Shown here: one piece after another, positions 10,774 to 23,700 of the stretch
Position numbering within the stretch: the stretch's first letter is position 1
How the letters are laid out: each line of letters starts with the position of its first letter
The notes under the pieces: model-generated
What the model was told of the DNA's origin: nothing
The model's database searches: none
Seen by the model: the letters and a program-made list of their open reading frames with translations, nothing else
Program-made: the position numbers and the translations under genes
Assembly: GCA_048772705.1 (NCBI GenBank)
Contig: JBLWGC010000033.1
Location: 1-64,000, forward strand
Length of the DNA: 64,000 bases
Direction: 5' to 3'
From: Leidyana gryllorum EB-2025a
Lineage: Eukaryota > Protista > Apicomplexa

Positions 10774-13529
10774 TCAGTGACTGCAGAATGGCAATAACAA
10801 TATCCAAAAGATCATGCGTACAACCATCATCAACATATATGTCGGGTGCTGTTCCACAGAATCTCGAACCACTCGCCCCACTATAGATTGAGGGTTTCGC
10901 AGCCGCTGTATACGCCGTCCGAACAAACAGTACTCCAAATACAAAGCAATCGCCAGATGCACACAATCCAACACCATCATCCCCACCACAGCTTTAGTAC
11001 TGATCGGCAAACATCCTATCCGGCACAATGAGAACCAGGAATGACCAGTCTTGGACCCACGTCGCGTGCCACAATCACCAACACTCCAAACATTGGGCAC
11101 AGTTGAACCTTCGCACTCACCAAATGCTGCTCGAAGATAGCAATCTTGACCACCACAATGCACTTCCAAAGCGTTCCGCCACATCACAATCTCCTCTTCT
11201 AGGTCCCTGTCGTCTAACGCTTCCGCGGTCAAACCATCTGACATGTACTGGCTGAGAAGTGAACTAGCTTCCGTGAAAGAATGAATGGTTCCACAATCGC
11301 CAGATTCACAAATGAGAGATCGTAATGTGCGCAAGCCAATTAGGGCCACTGTGCTCGCAGCTTTCCCTTGTGTGGAATACCCACTCAGTTTCTTCTGGGT
11401 GGATCCCCAGCGGATCATTCCAGCCAATAACAGACCCAAATCCTGATCTTCACACCTGTGCCCGAGGCGGTGTATGGCTATCAACCCATCAGCCACCGCG
11501 GCCAGCGCCTTTGTGTGCGTCTCGGAGCTCACATCCATTGACTCATACTTCATCGCTTTGAAGTCTTGCTCCAAATAATGCAATGTCAGCACCATCGCCT
11601 TCATTATTAATGGTCGTATGGTCTCGTGCCGTTCGCCAAGAGTACCTGCCCCCTTCCCATGCTCAGATTGCTGCAATCGTTGGGGAGGAGTACGTGTACC
11701 AGTATCGGTGTCATCAGTGCTGCCGCTTTGTCCGCTTGTGACCTGTTCGGCCCGACTCAACGGCCCTTTTCGATCGGCTTCGTCTTCCTCACAATCCTCA
11801 GACATCATCACGGGCGGGAACCCGAAAGGCTGGGTCCACTTTTGCGTTGAAGGCAACATGGCACAAAGCCTGATGTACAACTTGATCAAGGCCGTCCATC
11901 GACGAAGACGAGTTGGATCGGCCTCTCTTTGCACACGGCGCAGGATGATCGGAGTACCCGGGGAAGCAGCGTTATCCGTGTACTCCGGCGGTACACTATC
12001 CTCTGAAGACATGGCTGGCTCAGATGGGTGCTCGCTGTCGTCTTCCTCGCAGACCGAGTTAGGGAAGGTACCATGGTAAGCGTTGCCTTCCGGTCCACTG
12101 GCTATGATCTCTAACATGTTGGTGAGCAACACCAGTTCATTGTGTGTGACGATACTCCATCTGCAATACATTGGGGTTGGAAGTGCTGGACTACCCGCTG
12201 TAGCCAAAGCGGACTGTTCGCCGTCACATTCGGAGCTCAGGCTCATGTGAGCTATAAAATGCCACTCTTTCCCGAAGATGAAGTTCCATTGGGCGAAACA
12301 ATTATCTGAAAGCCGTTGTATAATATCTCGAACCACTGCGTCTTGGGCTTCCGTTGAAGAGCGAGGTTGCACCAGACTCTGGCTAGGACCGCGTGGGATG
12401 GACACTGGGAGCACATGATTCAAGGTGCGCCACATCTCGGCATACAAAGCTGATCTCAGCACAGTTCCTTCTTGGGGAAGGTGTTGCAGGGCGAGGGCAA
12501 CCATGGGGATTGGAGCTTTAGGGCCACGCGTCTTCAGCCATCCTCCTCGATTTGTGGAGTGCTGCTGGCCTGGTGTGTACTCAAAACAACATATGGTGTC
12601 CCGACACGTGTACAAGAGGTCCTCAAAGTCACCCAATCCCGAAGCACTAGCCCGGTGACCTCGGTGGGATGAATAGTCCAGTCTGCCTGGCAGGACAGTG
12701 TTCGCTAACTTCGTGCGGAGCCGGGATAGACGGTGTCGAGCTGCTGTACTCTGGGGTGAAGTCATAAGAGTGCGGGTGGAGTTGGAGTCCAACAAGTTGG
12801 AGAGAGCCCTCCATGCTACTAACGCAACTAAACAGGCCCATACCGAGAAGCTAGAGACTTGTTCTGAGCTCTTGGATCCGCGATGTAACAAGGAAGCTGT
12901 GCGACTTCTGGGAGGCAGATAAAGGGTGGCGCACCGCCAGGCAAGAGTCACGTAGTACGCCTCGAGTTCAGGGGATATGGTGTCCTCCGAGTGGTCATTC
13001 TGCGAGAACAGCCATCTATGGCCGTAGAATAGCTCAATCGATTCCACGGTCTTGGCAAAATTATCAGCACTGCTACTGCGGTTGTCCAACGTGCGGAGCG
13101 TGACTGCCCGCCACAGATGTTGTATAACTTCCCCTTTGGTCGCAGGCTTGTCGGAAACGACAGAAATATCACGTAGGAGGGATTTCAAATACGAGCTTTC
13201 GTCCATGTTGGCTAATTGTATCAGTAGTTTGCTAAAACGGACATGGAATGCGGAGATGCTCGAAACTCTTACTTGTCGCTGACTGAGCTTTTAGGGGGTG
13301 TGCTGGGCTCCGGGCCACATTCCAAACGTTGAGCGAGCGTCTGATCGTACGCTTCATGTTCATCGGTCCACATGGTAATGGCTGCCTGGCCGGACGGCGA
13401 TTCTGTTAGTTGTGGGTGAATATGCTTGCGGTAAGCGTTGGTAGCCTTATGTGCTCTCAAGTCCAGCGACTGGAGCATATTGGACTCGAAGACGGTATCT
13501 TCAGCAGGGGGTAGATTCAAGAATTGCAT
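10774..13529 (-). CDS. Hypothetical protein, about 900 aa
   Basis: 810-aa ORF plus an upstream exon (about 13529-13273) that joins in frame via a GTAAGA...TTTTAG intron. The start may lie further upstream. Confidence 0.65.
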
Positions 13530-13711
13530 TGTTGAAGCTTGAGCACACGTGTGTGCTATATGCGTCTCGACCTTATTTTGCCCTGGGGCCAACTGCCATG
13601 CGAGCCGGATTGATATGTATGCCCAGCGTCATGTACACTTGTAGTGATAGTCGCCGTGTACACTAGTGTCAGCAGGACATAGGTGCAAACGACAGTTGTT
13701 CTTTTTGACAG

Positions 13712-14437
13712 ATGGCGGAGAAGCAAAGGATATTTGTTCCACCTGAGCTGTTGGCTGCCAATCGTCAAAGCGCTCTGCCACGGAAGCAGACTCAGATTGG
13801 CTTCGCTACGGACCTGGCGCATGACCAATTGGTGTTCAGATGGAAATTGAATGATTTTGCGGACTTGCGAAGTTTGGCAGCCGGAGGTAGGCTTGACGAT
13901 CGTTGGCTTGCATTAGATGAGGCGATTGCAGACACCGATAGAGCAAATTTGAGCACTCCCGCCTATGCAGACTTGGAGGGTGAGTTGTGTATGGTAGTTG
14001 TGTATATAATCCTTTAGGCCGCCTATGGTGGTTGCGGTTGAAGTTGTGGACCGATCCGACTGGGGACCTGGGTATTTTCGTACACACGAAAGGGAAGGCA
14101 GACAGTCCTGGATGCACGACAGATCTGGCCTTCCACGTGGAGGGTGAGGAAGGCGAAATATGTAGGTGTTGGGGCTTGTTTGTATCGGTTCAACTTGGTG
14201 TTCGCAGTGTACCCGCTTCAGCGTGAAGGTAGCAATGTGAAGGTGGCCGGTGGGAGCGAGACGTCAAACTTTGGTTTAGCGGACGCTTTGACGAAGGAGG
14301 AGTGTGAAGACTTGGAGGACAAGAGCATTAGTCCAGTGGTTGTAGTGACATTGAACATCTGGGGTTCAGCGATAACGGAAGTGACGACAGAAGCAGCACA
14401 GAGTATTAACGAGGGAGACAGCAGGAAAGTGGTGTGA
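13712..14437 (+). CDS. Small MATH/TRAF-like domain protein (3 exons)
   Basis: FRWKLNDF..LSTPAY..GRLWWLRL..DLGIFVH..NFGLADAL..VVVTLNI follows the MATH strand pattern. GT-AG introns at about 13980-14017 and 14162-14207. Confidence 0.55.
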
Positions 14438-14587
14438 GACGATGTCTCACTTGATGAGGGTTAGTTTCCAGAAGATTAGTACAAGGTTGTGTCAGCTTCG
14501 AGACTCCCCCGAACGCTATCTTTTTGAGATTCTTCGGCTGTTCTCACACGTCCTCTCCCCCGCTCGGTGTTGTCGGGAGTGGCTTGC

Positions 14588-14612
14588 TCGACTGACTGAC
14601 TGACTGACTGAT
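14588..14612. repeat. (GACT)n tetranucleotide microsatellite
   Basis: About 5-6 units. Related tracts at about 16450-16482 and 47877-47896. Confidence 0.85.
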
Positions 14613-14797
14613 TGTGACACATCACCAATCGTGCCTGACTGCCTGCCTGCCGAATTCATTTCTTGTCTAATCCCTCCCTCTGTATTCTCTTTCTCTTCTC
14701 TCACTCTCTATCTTCTTCTACTCTACTCTCTCTGTCCTTCCTTCCTTTCTCTCTCTCTAACTCTCGCGGCCTTTGATTTCGCGTGTCGAAGAACGAA

Positions 14798-16090
14798 ATG
14801 GTTGGTTCTACGGCAGTGCTGCCAACTCCGAAGCACCGTCACAACGGTGGTGATAAAGACGTGGCAAGCCCCGCTTCGAGCGAGTATGACAGTCCGAAGA
14901 CGCCCGGGGGAATGACGGCTCAACGAATGCAGTGCTTCAAGACCAAGCGGTGTAGATTTTGGCTCGAGTCCCGATGCACGCGAGGCGATCGGTGTACCTA
15001 CGCGCACACGGATGTGGAATTGCGCATCCCACCTGACCTCACCAAGACAAAGATCTGTACCCGGTGGAAGCGAGGAACGTGCGACAAGGAAGCTGGGGAG
15101 TGTGCTTATGCACACGGGATGGAGGACCTGCGGGAAGCGACTACGCCTTCTACTGTAACGAATACGGGTCGTAGTAACGCTCCCGAAGGTCTGAGCTTTG
15201 GCGTGCCCCCACCAGCTACGAAATTGCGCGACTCGCCTCCGTATTCGTCTCGCAGTTGTCAGACGATAAGCAGCACCGCGTCAACGCGTTATACGTCTCG
15301 GAGGGACTCTGACGCGTCCTCGAACGAGGGTGGTCAGACGACGACAGCGGCGGCAGCAGCAGTCAAACAACAGTCACGAGGAGTTGGAGGAAAGGCGGGG
15401 TCTCCGTCAATTACCGGTCATGGAATTGCGTCGTCGTCAGCCGCTGTGACTTCGTCGCCGCCTGCGCCGTCCCACCCGACGCCCTCTGCTTCGGTTGTTA
15501 TTCCGATGGCGTCATATGGCAGTAGCAGTCGTCCCTCTGCTGGTGGGAGCCTGAGCAACAGCCCGCCGCCAATTCTTCCCTTATGTGGATCGCCAAACAA
15601 GCCGGCTGGTCCGCAATCGTCTCCCATAATGGTTGAATGCTCCGGAATGACAGGAGCCGCGGCCGCTTACTCGAGTGCAGCAGGGCTTGAGCTGTGTGGG
15701 GGCGACCATATGATGCTGATGGCGGGTCCTTCTTCTTCTGCTGCTGCTGCTGCGGCGGGACCCTCCGCCATGGACATGTCGGAGGCTCATTCAGCTGCTG
15801 CCGCTGCATCGAATACGCCTCTGAGTCGGGCGGCAGTGTACGCTGCAGCTCAATACTATCATATTCCCACCGCGAGTGCACACCACGGCCCGAGCAACGA
15901 CCACAATCCTTTACACAGCTCTTCGTCTATGATGACATCATCGATCGCGCGTGTTTGCAGAATGGAGGAGTCTCTACATCAGAAGACAGATCGTTACACC
16001 CCTGGTGAGTTTTTGACTCTTCATCTCCCAACTTTTGTTTGATCAGATGAATTGTTGCTGGCGGTGTTGACCGTTCCATATTACGACTGA
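14798..16090 (+). CDS. Tandem CCCH zinc-finger RNA-binding protein
   Basis: FKTKRCRFW..CTRGDRCTYAH and LTKTKICTRW..C..CAYAHG fingers, followed by a low-complexity tail. Short last exon DELLLAVLTVPYYD* after an intron at about 16005-16046. Confidence 0.85.
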
Positions 16091-17224
16091 TTGGAACTAT
16101 TCTCTTGGAGTATATAGTCACATTGTTTGAGTGGTCTGGCGGTAATGGCCAGGGACAATCGTCACCAAGACGCGTCTATTTGTATCACTCTGTTCCCAAA
16201 CATCCATCTCCCTATTTATTTATATTCGTGAGCTGCGTAGCGGCTTTGGTGTACCGCAATGCCTCGTCACCGTCTGATATGACTGACGGTGAGCAAGTGA
16301 GGTGTGCGGAGGAGACACAAGTAGTGGCTATGCGGCATTTATTGTCCGTTATAGATATCGAAGCGGAGACATCGCTTCTTATGCAACTCATCGGTCTCTC
16401 GATCGATGACATCGGAATTGCCGTCGTGTTCTTATCGTCACTAACAACGACTGACTGACTATTGATTGACTTACTGACTGACTCCTCGTGATCGCGACTT
16501 TTTCGACGAGCGCTCCCAGGAAAAAAAGCGGGTTCCATCCTGCCTGCTACCTGCAGCTGGTGTGTGCGACCGACGTGTACCCACCAGCTCGCTGATTTTC
16601 GTCCAGCCGAGGAAAGCTCAATGCTTCTATTACTATTGTTTGATCTCCTTATATACAAAGCTTGTCTTCTTTCTGATTGTTCACTACACCCCCTCCCCTT
16701 CATTTTAAACTCCCTCACATCGCCCTTACCAGCCAAGTGGTTCATACCGTACCGCACGACGCAGGTCTGTCCCCTTCATATCTCTGATATATTGCTGTTA
16801 GTCTGGTCTCTTCTCGCTCTTTCTTTCCCCCCTCGCTCTCTTCTCTTCTCTTCTGACTCTCTTACTCTTCGCTCTCCACCATCGTAACTGTGCATCACTA
16901 TATGGCGCCCCCCTCTCACTTACTTATTCCACTCGGGATCGAATTGCGCCCCGCATCACTTCTCTCTCTTCCTCTCTCTTACCCTATCTATCTCTTGAGA
17001 TCGGCCGACGTTGGCGGTGGAGGACTCCAATTGGCCCCGGTTAGAGTCGTGTCGTCGCCTCTTTCCGTCGATATCTGTTGTCTGTCTGCCCACCCACCGA
17101 TACGAACAAAAGGAAGAAGTGTAGCGTCTTCACCTAGCGAAGCTTTTTGCAGTAACTCTTGATGAGTGATTGAGTATGTCGTCAAATCAAAGTGAAATGA
17201 CTGATTGACCGACCGACCGATTTA

Positions 17225-18421
17225 TTAACAACAAACATCGTGGAAACGCATTATACCCACACTACCGAGGATCCCACCCGCTATCAAATTGAAGGTGCTC
17301 TTCCGCCAGAATGATAACGAGAGACCCCCGACAAACAAATGGAAGAAACCCTAAAGTCAAATTGAGATCCGTGTCAAGAGAGGAGGAGACACCCACGACA
17401 ACAAACTCCATCGCTGCCTCGCCTCCCGATCGCCCCGCCGGTGCCCACAATGTGTATTACTGCATGTGTCACTAATATCAGTCAGTCGTCCCCAAAAGTG
17501 AGGTGCCGGCTGGGGGGCAGAGCGATGGCCACCAATACATACGTATGTTTCGACCGAAAAGTTGTCACCGCATTTATACTTACCTTCCCCGTTGAAGTGG
17601 TCAGAATGCGACACCAGTTCTCAATCCCTTTATTTATCAAACTGTGCCCCGGCAGATACGAAGCTTCGGTAATGAAGATCACTACGCCAAATACGGCCAG
17701 GTACATCTGAACGACAAATTCAACCGGACTCGTGACCACCGTTATCGACCCAAATAGCGATGCCATCGCCAGACACACTCCTATAATTGCCACATTTATC
17801 AGAAATATACATTCAGGGCTCATCACCAAAATGCAGACCTCTCATCGACGAACAAAGCCCACCTGCAACAGAGCATATTGTGTCCATTGTCCTGCGCAAC
17901 GCTCTGGCCAAAGGCGACGGACCCACTGGCGCTTGCGGAAGAGGCATAGCTATGTACCCATTCGGCGAAGGAATTAGTGCTGCGGACGTCCCAACTGCTG
18001 GTGGCAGATATATAGCGTGGTGGTGACATCCACAACCCTCCACCTGCGGAGACGGAGACACACAAGCTGATGATGATGGCTGGTAAAACTCTTGTAGTGC
18101 TTGCGCAATCCTCCGTGCAATCGCACTTTTAATTTCCCCTGATAATGACTGAATCGCTGACTCTCCTCGGGGAGTGAATGGAGGGAACTCATAATGATGC
18201 TGTAAAGCTGCTGACGGCATGCCCATGCCGCGGGGGGTAGAACTCAGATAGTCAGGCGCCGCCGCTCCACCGCCCAAACCAGGACGCTGCTGCTGCTGCT
18301 CACGCCGCCTCAACGCGTCTTCAATCAACTGCTGTAGCAACTCTGCACTCATGTCATTCCTCTTCTCTCCAGTAGCATTAGCACCAGTCGCTCTCTGAAA
18401 ACCTTCATGTTCAGCCATCAA
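17225..18421 (-). CDS. COPI-associated / TVP15-like Golgi membrane protein
   Basis: Spliced product contains MYLAVFGVVIFITE..NWCRILTTSTGK|GFFHLFVGGLSL. May extend through extra exons to about 16212. Confidence 0.65.
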
Positions 18422-18450
18422 AAGGTAAGCAACCTTTGAACTTCAATTGA

Positions 18451-20776
18451 ATGGAACCTCCAAAAATACCTCCAGCAGACCCCAGACCCGCCAAGTGGCA
18501 AGGCTCTGCTGCTGCCTTCTTCGAGAATGATCCGCCTATCGACTATACCCCCATCACTGACGCACCGAAACTCGCCATAGCAGACTTTGAGGTGACCACA
18601 GAGAAGTTCTCCCCCAGACTTGTCAATCAATCAAACTACCTTCTCAGGATCAAGGAGAAATAGGTCGTGGACAGTTCGGCTCCGTTCACAAGGTCAAACA
18701 CAAGAGTGGAGTGAGTCGACATTTCCTTTGCTTCACACTATGGAACAACTCACAGGTCGTATGCGTTTGGAAGAAGCTAGACTATCGCCGCATGACGGAA
18801 AAGGATAAGAGTCAATTGACTCAAGAAGTCACTTTGCTTCAATCCCTGCATCATCAACACGTCGTGCGCTATCTGGGCCGTATTCAGGACAAAATCAGTG
18901 GACATCTCTACATATTGATGGAGTGGTGTGATGGAGGGGATCTGGGCCGATATTTAGACCACACGGTGCGCAAAGGCTTCTTCATTGCCGAAGACACAAT
19001 TTTGACGTGGCTGGCCCAACTCATAGACGCACTGCACTATTGCCACACCCGACCAGAAGGTCGAGTCTTCCATCGGGATATCAAACCGCAAAATGTCATG
19101 ATCTGCTGTCAATATAAGGTGAAAATCGTGTGTGCCGCCATCGTGTGCGTGTGTGTGCGCGCGTCAGTGTGATGTCTGTGTCTCACCACCTGCCGCCCCC
19201 ACCCCCCCTGTTCTTCAACTTAAAAGGTGTGCAGAAAGTCAAACTGGGTGATTTCGGCCTGGCGAAAATGCTCCAGCCCACCCAGTTAATGACTCAGACA
19301 CATGTCGGGACCCCTTACTATATGTCGCCGGAGGTTTTGAACAAGAATCAATATGATGCTAAAAGTGACGTCTGGTCTCTGGGGTGCTTATTATATGAAA
19401 TGACAACGGGAAAGAGTCCTCACGCTGGCGCAGCCAACTATGACCATTTACGTCAGCTCGTACAAACATCTACCGACTTGCCCGGGCTCCCAAACTACTA
19501 CAGTCAAGAGCTATTCAGCTTGATAATGTGGATGCTCAATCGCGACCCAGTCAAACGGCCCAGTTGCAGCGACTTACGACTCACCTTCGCTTTTCGGTTG
19601 GGCTGTTTCATTGGTCTCGCTGAGCTCACTGAGAAGGTAATAACTCGGAGTCGCGAGACCGAGAAGATCATTGCGCTGTTAAAGCGCGAGCTTAAGAAGA
19701 CTCGGGGGCGGCTGGAAGACACGAAAGCCAAAGAAATAGAGGCAAAGGACAAAGAGGAGGAGCGGCCGGGCAGTAAGGATCATTGCTTCGGTCGTGACAT
19801 CATCCACACGGAAGCCATAACGACTACGACCGCTGGGGAGGAAACGCTTCAGCCTCCGTTGAGTACGAAAGAATCAACCAGTCGGGCGAGTACGAGACGG
19901 TACGTTGAGCAACAGACGAACCGTCTGACCAGTGGAGAGTCGTCAAGGCGGCAAACTACAGCGCAAGCGATTGGCCCTCAAGTGATTAATAGCAGCAGTA
20001 GCAATACCACCAGTCCGCCCACAACTGTTGTACGGTCGGACACCGATGATGTTGGCCAGATAATAAGCCTATTACCCCCTCAAACACTGCAGCGTCCCCC
20101 TCAAAGCCAACCTGTGGCGGGATTCCGGCCCACTTGTCAACTCGCAAGACTCCACTCGGAGAGGCAGTCGGGACCGAATGCGATCAGTCACGCCCAAGTG
20201 CATCGCAAATTGGGGAGTCAAGACTTGCCACGAGTGCAGACGCAACCGACAATACGTGCGCATTCGCAGCCAAATGGGGGCGGAGAATATGGCGGCTACG
20301 GGGGACACAAGTACCCCTCGACTACACGTGTGAGCTCGAGCTCTAAGAGGACGATGGAAGCTGCAGCTGCACTTGGCGAGTTGCCGTTTGTTCTTGAAGA
20401 TGAAGACCTGCTGCCGACAGCTGTTGAACCAAAAGGCGCATCTGTATTGTTGGGCTTAGAGTCACCGCCTCGTCTGCGTCCGCGGAGTGACATATTGGGA
20501 ATACCATCTTCATCTGCACTTCCGGCTGCCTCGGATGTGTCAGCGCTCTGTCGGACAGCGGAAGATGACTCTAAGCGAATAGAAAAAGAGCGTCGTGAGC
20601 GTCAACGAAGGCGTCTCCTTGACTTTGGTATCCTTCCTGCTGTTCCTGAGGACGATTTAGAGGTACTGTCACCAGAAAAGCTGAATCTGCGTAGTCGGAT
20701 CTCTCCTGGGGGTGGGCTTGACCTAAGCCCTCATTTAGCAGCGAATCCATTGTTAGAGAGCAAAATTAATTACTAA
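18451..20776 (+). CDS. NEK1: NIMA-related Ser/Thr kinase, apicomplexan NEK1-like
   Basis: GRGQFG loop, VWKKLDYRRMTEKDKSQLTQEV, LYILMEWCDGGDL, HRDIKPQN, DFGLAK and GTPYYMSPE motifs, then a coiled coil and disordered tail. Three introns. Confidence 0.9.
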
Positions 20777-20788
20777 GCTATAGACGCG

Positions 20789-23700
20789 ATGGTGGCCCCA
20801 ACTATTGGTAGAAGAACCGTCTGGATTCGCGATCCAACTGACGGGTTCCGACGAGCCGTCCTGGAAGGGGTACAGGGAGAGAAAGCCTGTATTTCTCTAA
20901 TGTCGTGTGAGCGTATTCGTTGCTTCTTTTGATTGAGACCTGTTTGAACTCTTAAAGCGAGTGCACGATCACCTAATGTGGTGCCAGAGAGTACTCGAGT
21001 GTTGATGGACTGCGCACACGTGTATGAGGACCTTCCCAGTACAGCCGAGGACTGTTGTCTGCTGCCTCAGTTGACCCCCTTCGCGGTGTTGCGCAACTTG
21101 GAACTCCGCTACGCGCGTGGAGAGCACCTGACCTTTGTGTCAGACGTGCTTTTATCCATCAATCCCTGCGAGGACCGCACTCGGACCTCAGCTTCCGCCA
21201 ATCACTTAGACGTTAATGCCACGCTGTACTCTCCCATCGGGACTTTATTGAACAATGTCTTAGGCCGACTTGAAAAGTCGCCACAGACTATTGTCATCAG
21301 TGGTGACGCAGGCGCTGGCAAGACGGAACTGGCCAAACGGATGATGGCCGCCTTCTCCAGCAGGCTGGAACCCCGTCAAGCAGATCAGCTGCACTCCTGG
21401 TTGAGTTTCATACATCCGGTGGCAGAGTCTTTTGGGAACGCCGCAACTAAGCGGAACGCTAACAGTTCACGCTACGGCCGGTTGACTCGATTGGACTTGC
21501 GGGGTGTACGAACTGATGGAAAGAACATCTGCTCCCAAGTCGCCGGTTTGGAAACCACTCCCTTCCTATTGGAACGACGACGAGTTCTCCAAGTGTCTCC
21601 TGGTGAAACGACATTTCATATCCTCTGCCTCCTTGAAACAGGTTGGCCTCCCATTCAATGCTTCTGTCACTCATTTCCCCCTTTGAAAAGAGTTGGCGCC
21701 GTGGCTGAAGCGGATTGACCCCAAGTCCACCAGTGGTCGGAGTCTTCACGCAAGTCTGAGCGATCTGGTGGCGTTTCACGATGGGAGATATAATGTTGCA
21801 GTCTTCAACTGCCTAACTAGTTCGCGACACCACCATCACCATATCAGACCCCATTATAGCTTCGATCAAGTTATGAATGCTCTGTCAGCGCTAAGCCGGA
21901 GCGTGGATAGCTGCCTGGAAGTCATTTCTGTGCTCCTAGCAGTCCTGTGTTTGTGTACCCTTACACGTGACGGCAAGGTATGCGGCTCTGCGAACATCAC
22001 AACCACCATCCTTTAGAGTCTGAAATTGAGTGATCTGAGGAACTCAACAATGCTTCGCGATACACTCCCTGATCTGCTCGGAATTGAGCGGTGTGAATTT
22101 CTCAAATTGGTGACTGAAAAGTAAGATTTGTTCCTGTTTGCAGCGTTCCTTGGGTTGCGTCTCCGTGTGTGCTATCGTGTGAGTAGCGAGACACGTACAG
22201 GGGTTGTAGTCTGATTACTTGTGGGCTGATTATCATGACTTGTGCGCGTAATCTTGTTGCAGACGGTTGCCCCAAGGCGACGTGCTGACTCGCGATATGA
22301 ATGATGTGAACGTCATCATGCGAGCGCTGGCCATGGAGTTGTATGAGCGACTGTTTAATAGAGTCATGACACTGGAAACGTTCACGTATCAGCAGCATGA
22401 CAAGGAACAAGAGGCGGCTGTGACGGCTGTGGCTGATTCATTGACATCTTTATCGTTATTGGATATCTTTGGTTTCGAGAACCTGGATCACAATTCATTG
22501 AACCAACTATTGATCAATACTGCTAACGAGCGAATTCAGCAGCTCTTTGTTGAGCAGCGAATGAAGCATCAGGCCCAAATGTTACGGGAAGAGGGCCTGT
22601 TGGACGTTGCCTCGCATCAATATGACAATGTGAGTGGTGGTGTGGTTTCAAGTGGTTGATGAGGTTGTTTGTAGTCTGGAATCTTGCGACTACTGGAAGG
22701 TCCCGCACCTTTTGCGATTATACCGACATTGAATGACGTAACCAATCTTACTGCAAACAAACCGGTTGAAATGCAAACACGAAATCTATGCAATCGACTA
22801 AAGGTGATTGGCTATGTTGCGTGATATGTGGAATATGTTTGATGTAAAGGCGTGTATGGAAAAGGCTGGACCAGATCTCATCCGTGCTTTTGATGACGTT
22901 CGACGGTGCTTTGGAGCTATGCATCATTCTCCCTTGGGTGGTGGCAAGGTGAGCGAGCGAGCAGTCGATCCACTGTGTTGCCTGGACACTCCTTTCTTGC
23001 TTCAGTGTTTCAGTATCCGACACAGTGGTGGTGGTGTGGTATATACAGTCAATGACTGGGTGACGATGAACATGGACAAGGTGGGTTGCTGGTTCGTGTG
23101 TTTTCTGACGATAGACTCAACGTCCGCCGTTGTAGTCTGTATCTGGATTGAGCTATGTTCTGGGAACGAGCAAGTACCAGACTGTGAGGGCGCTTGCGAA
23201 AGCGACAGGCTTGAGACGGCCAGAGGGGACCCAACAGAGATTTCAAACAGTAGCCCAAAGGTACCAATCGAGGTGCCATTGTGGCTGACACTCACACTGT
23301 AATTCCCCGCAGCTTCAGTTATTCCGTGGACTATATGATCAATCTGCTCAGGAAAGATGAGCTGAACTACATCCGGTGTCTGCGTCCCAATTCCCAGCTG
23401 ACTCCCAACCATTTCGAACGTCGCCATGTCCTCGAGCAAATGGAAAGGTTGGCCATACCTCCCTTAGTACAGCTACTCCAAACCTGTCTGGCACTCAACC
23501 TCCCCCTGGCCAAGATTGAAGAACAACTGGGAACCAGCCCCCACGATCTGTTGAGCCGCAAACGCAATATAACCAGAGGTAACCGCTGCGCTCCTCTAAC
23601 CCCCCCCTCAAACTCGCTCGTCAGCCCTCGAAGCCGCCCTGATGACTGCGGGCGTCGACTACAATGATTACCGCGTGGGACGTACACGACTCTTCATTAC

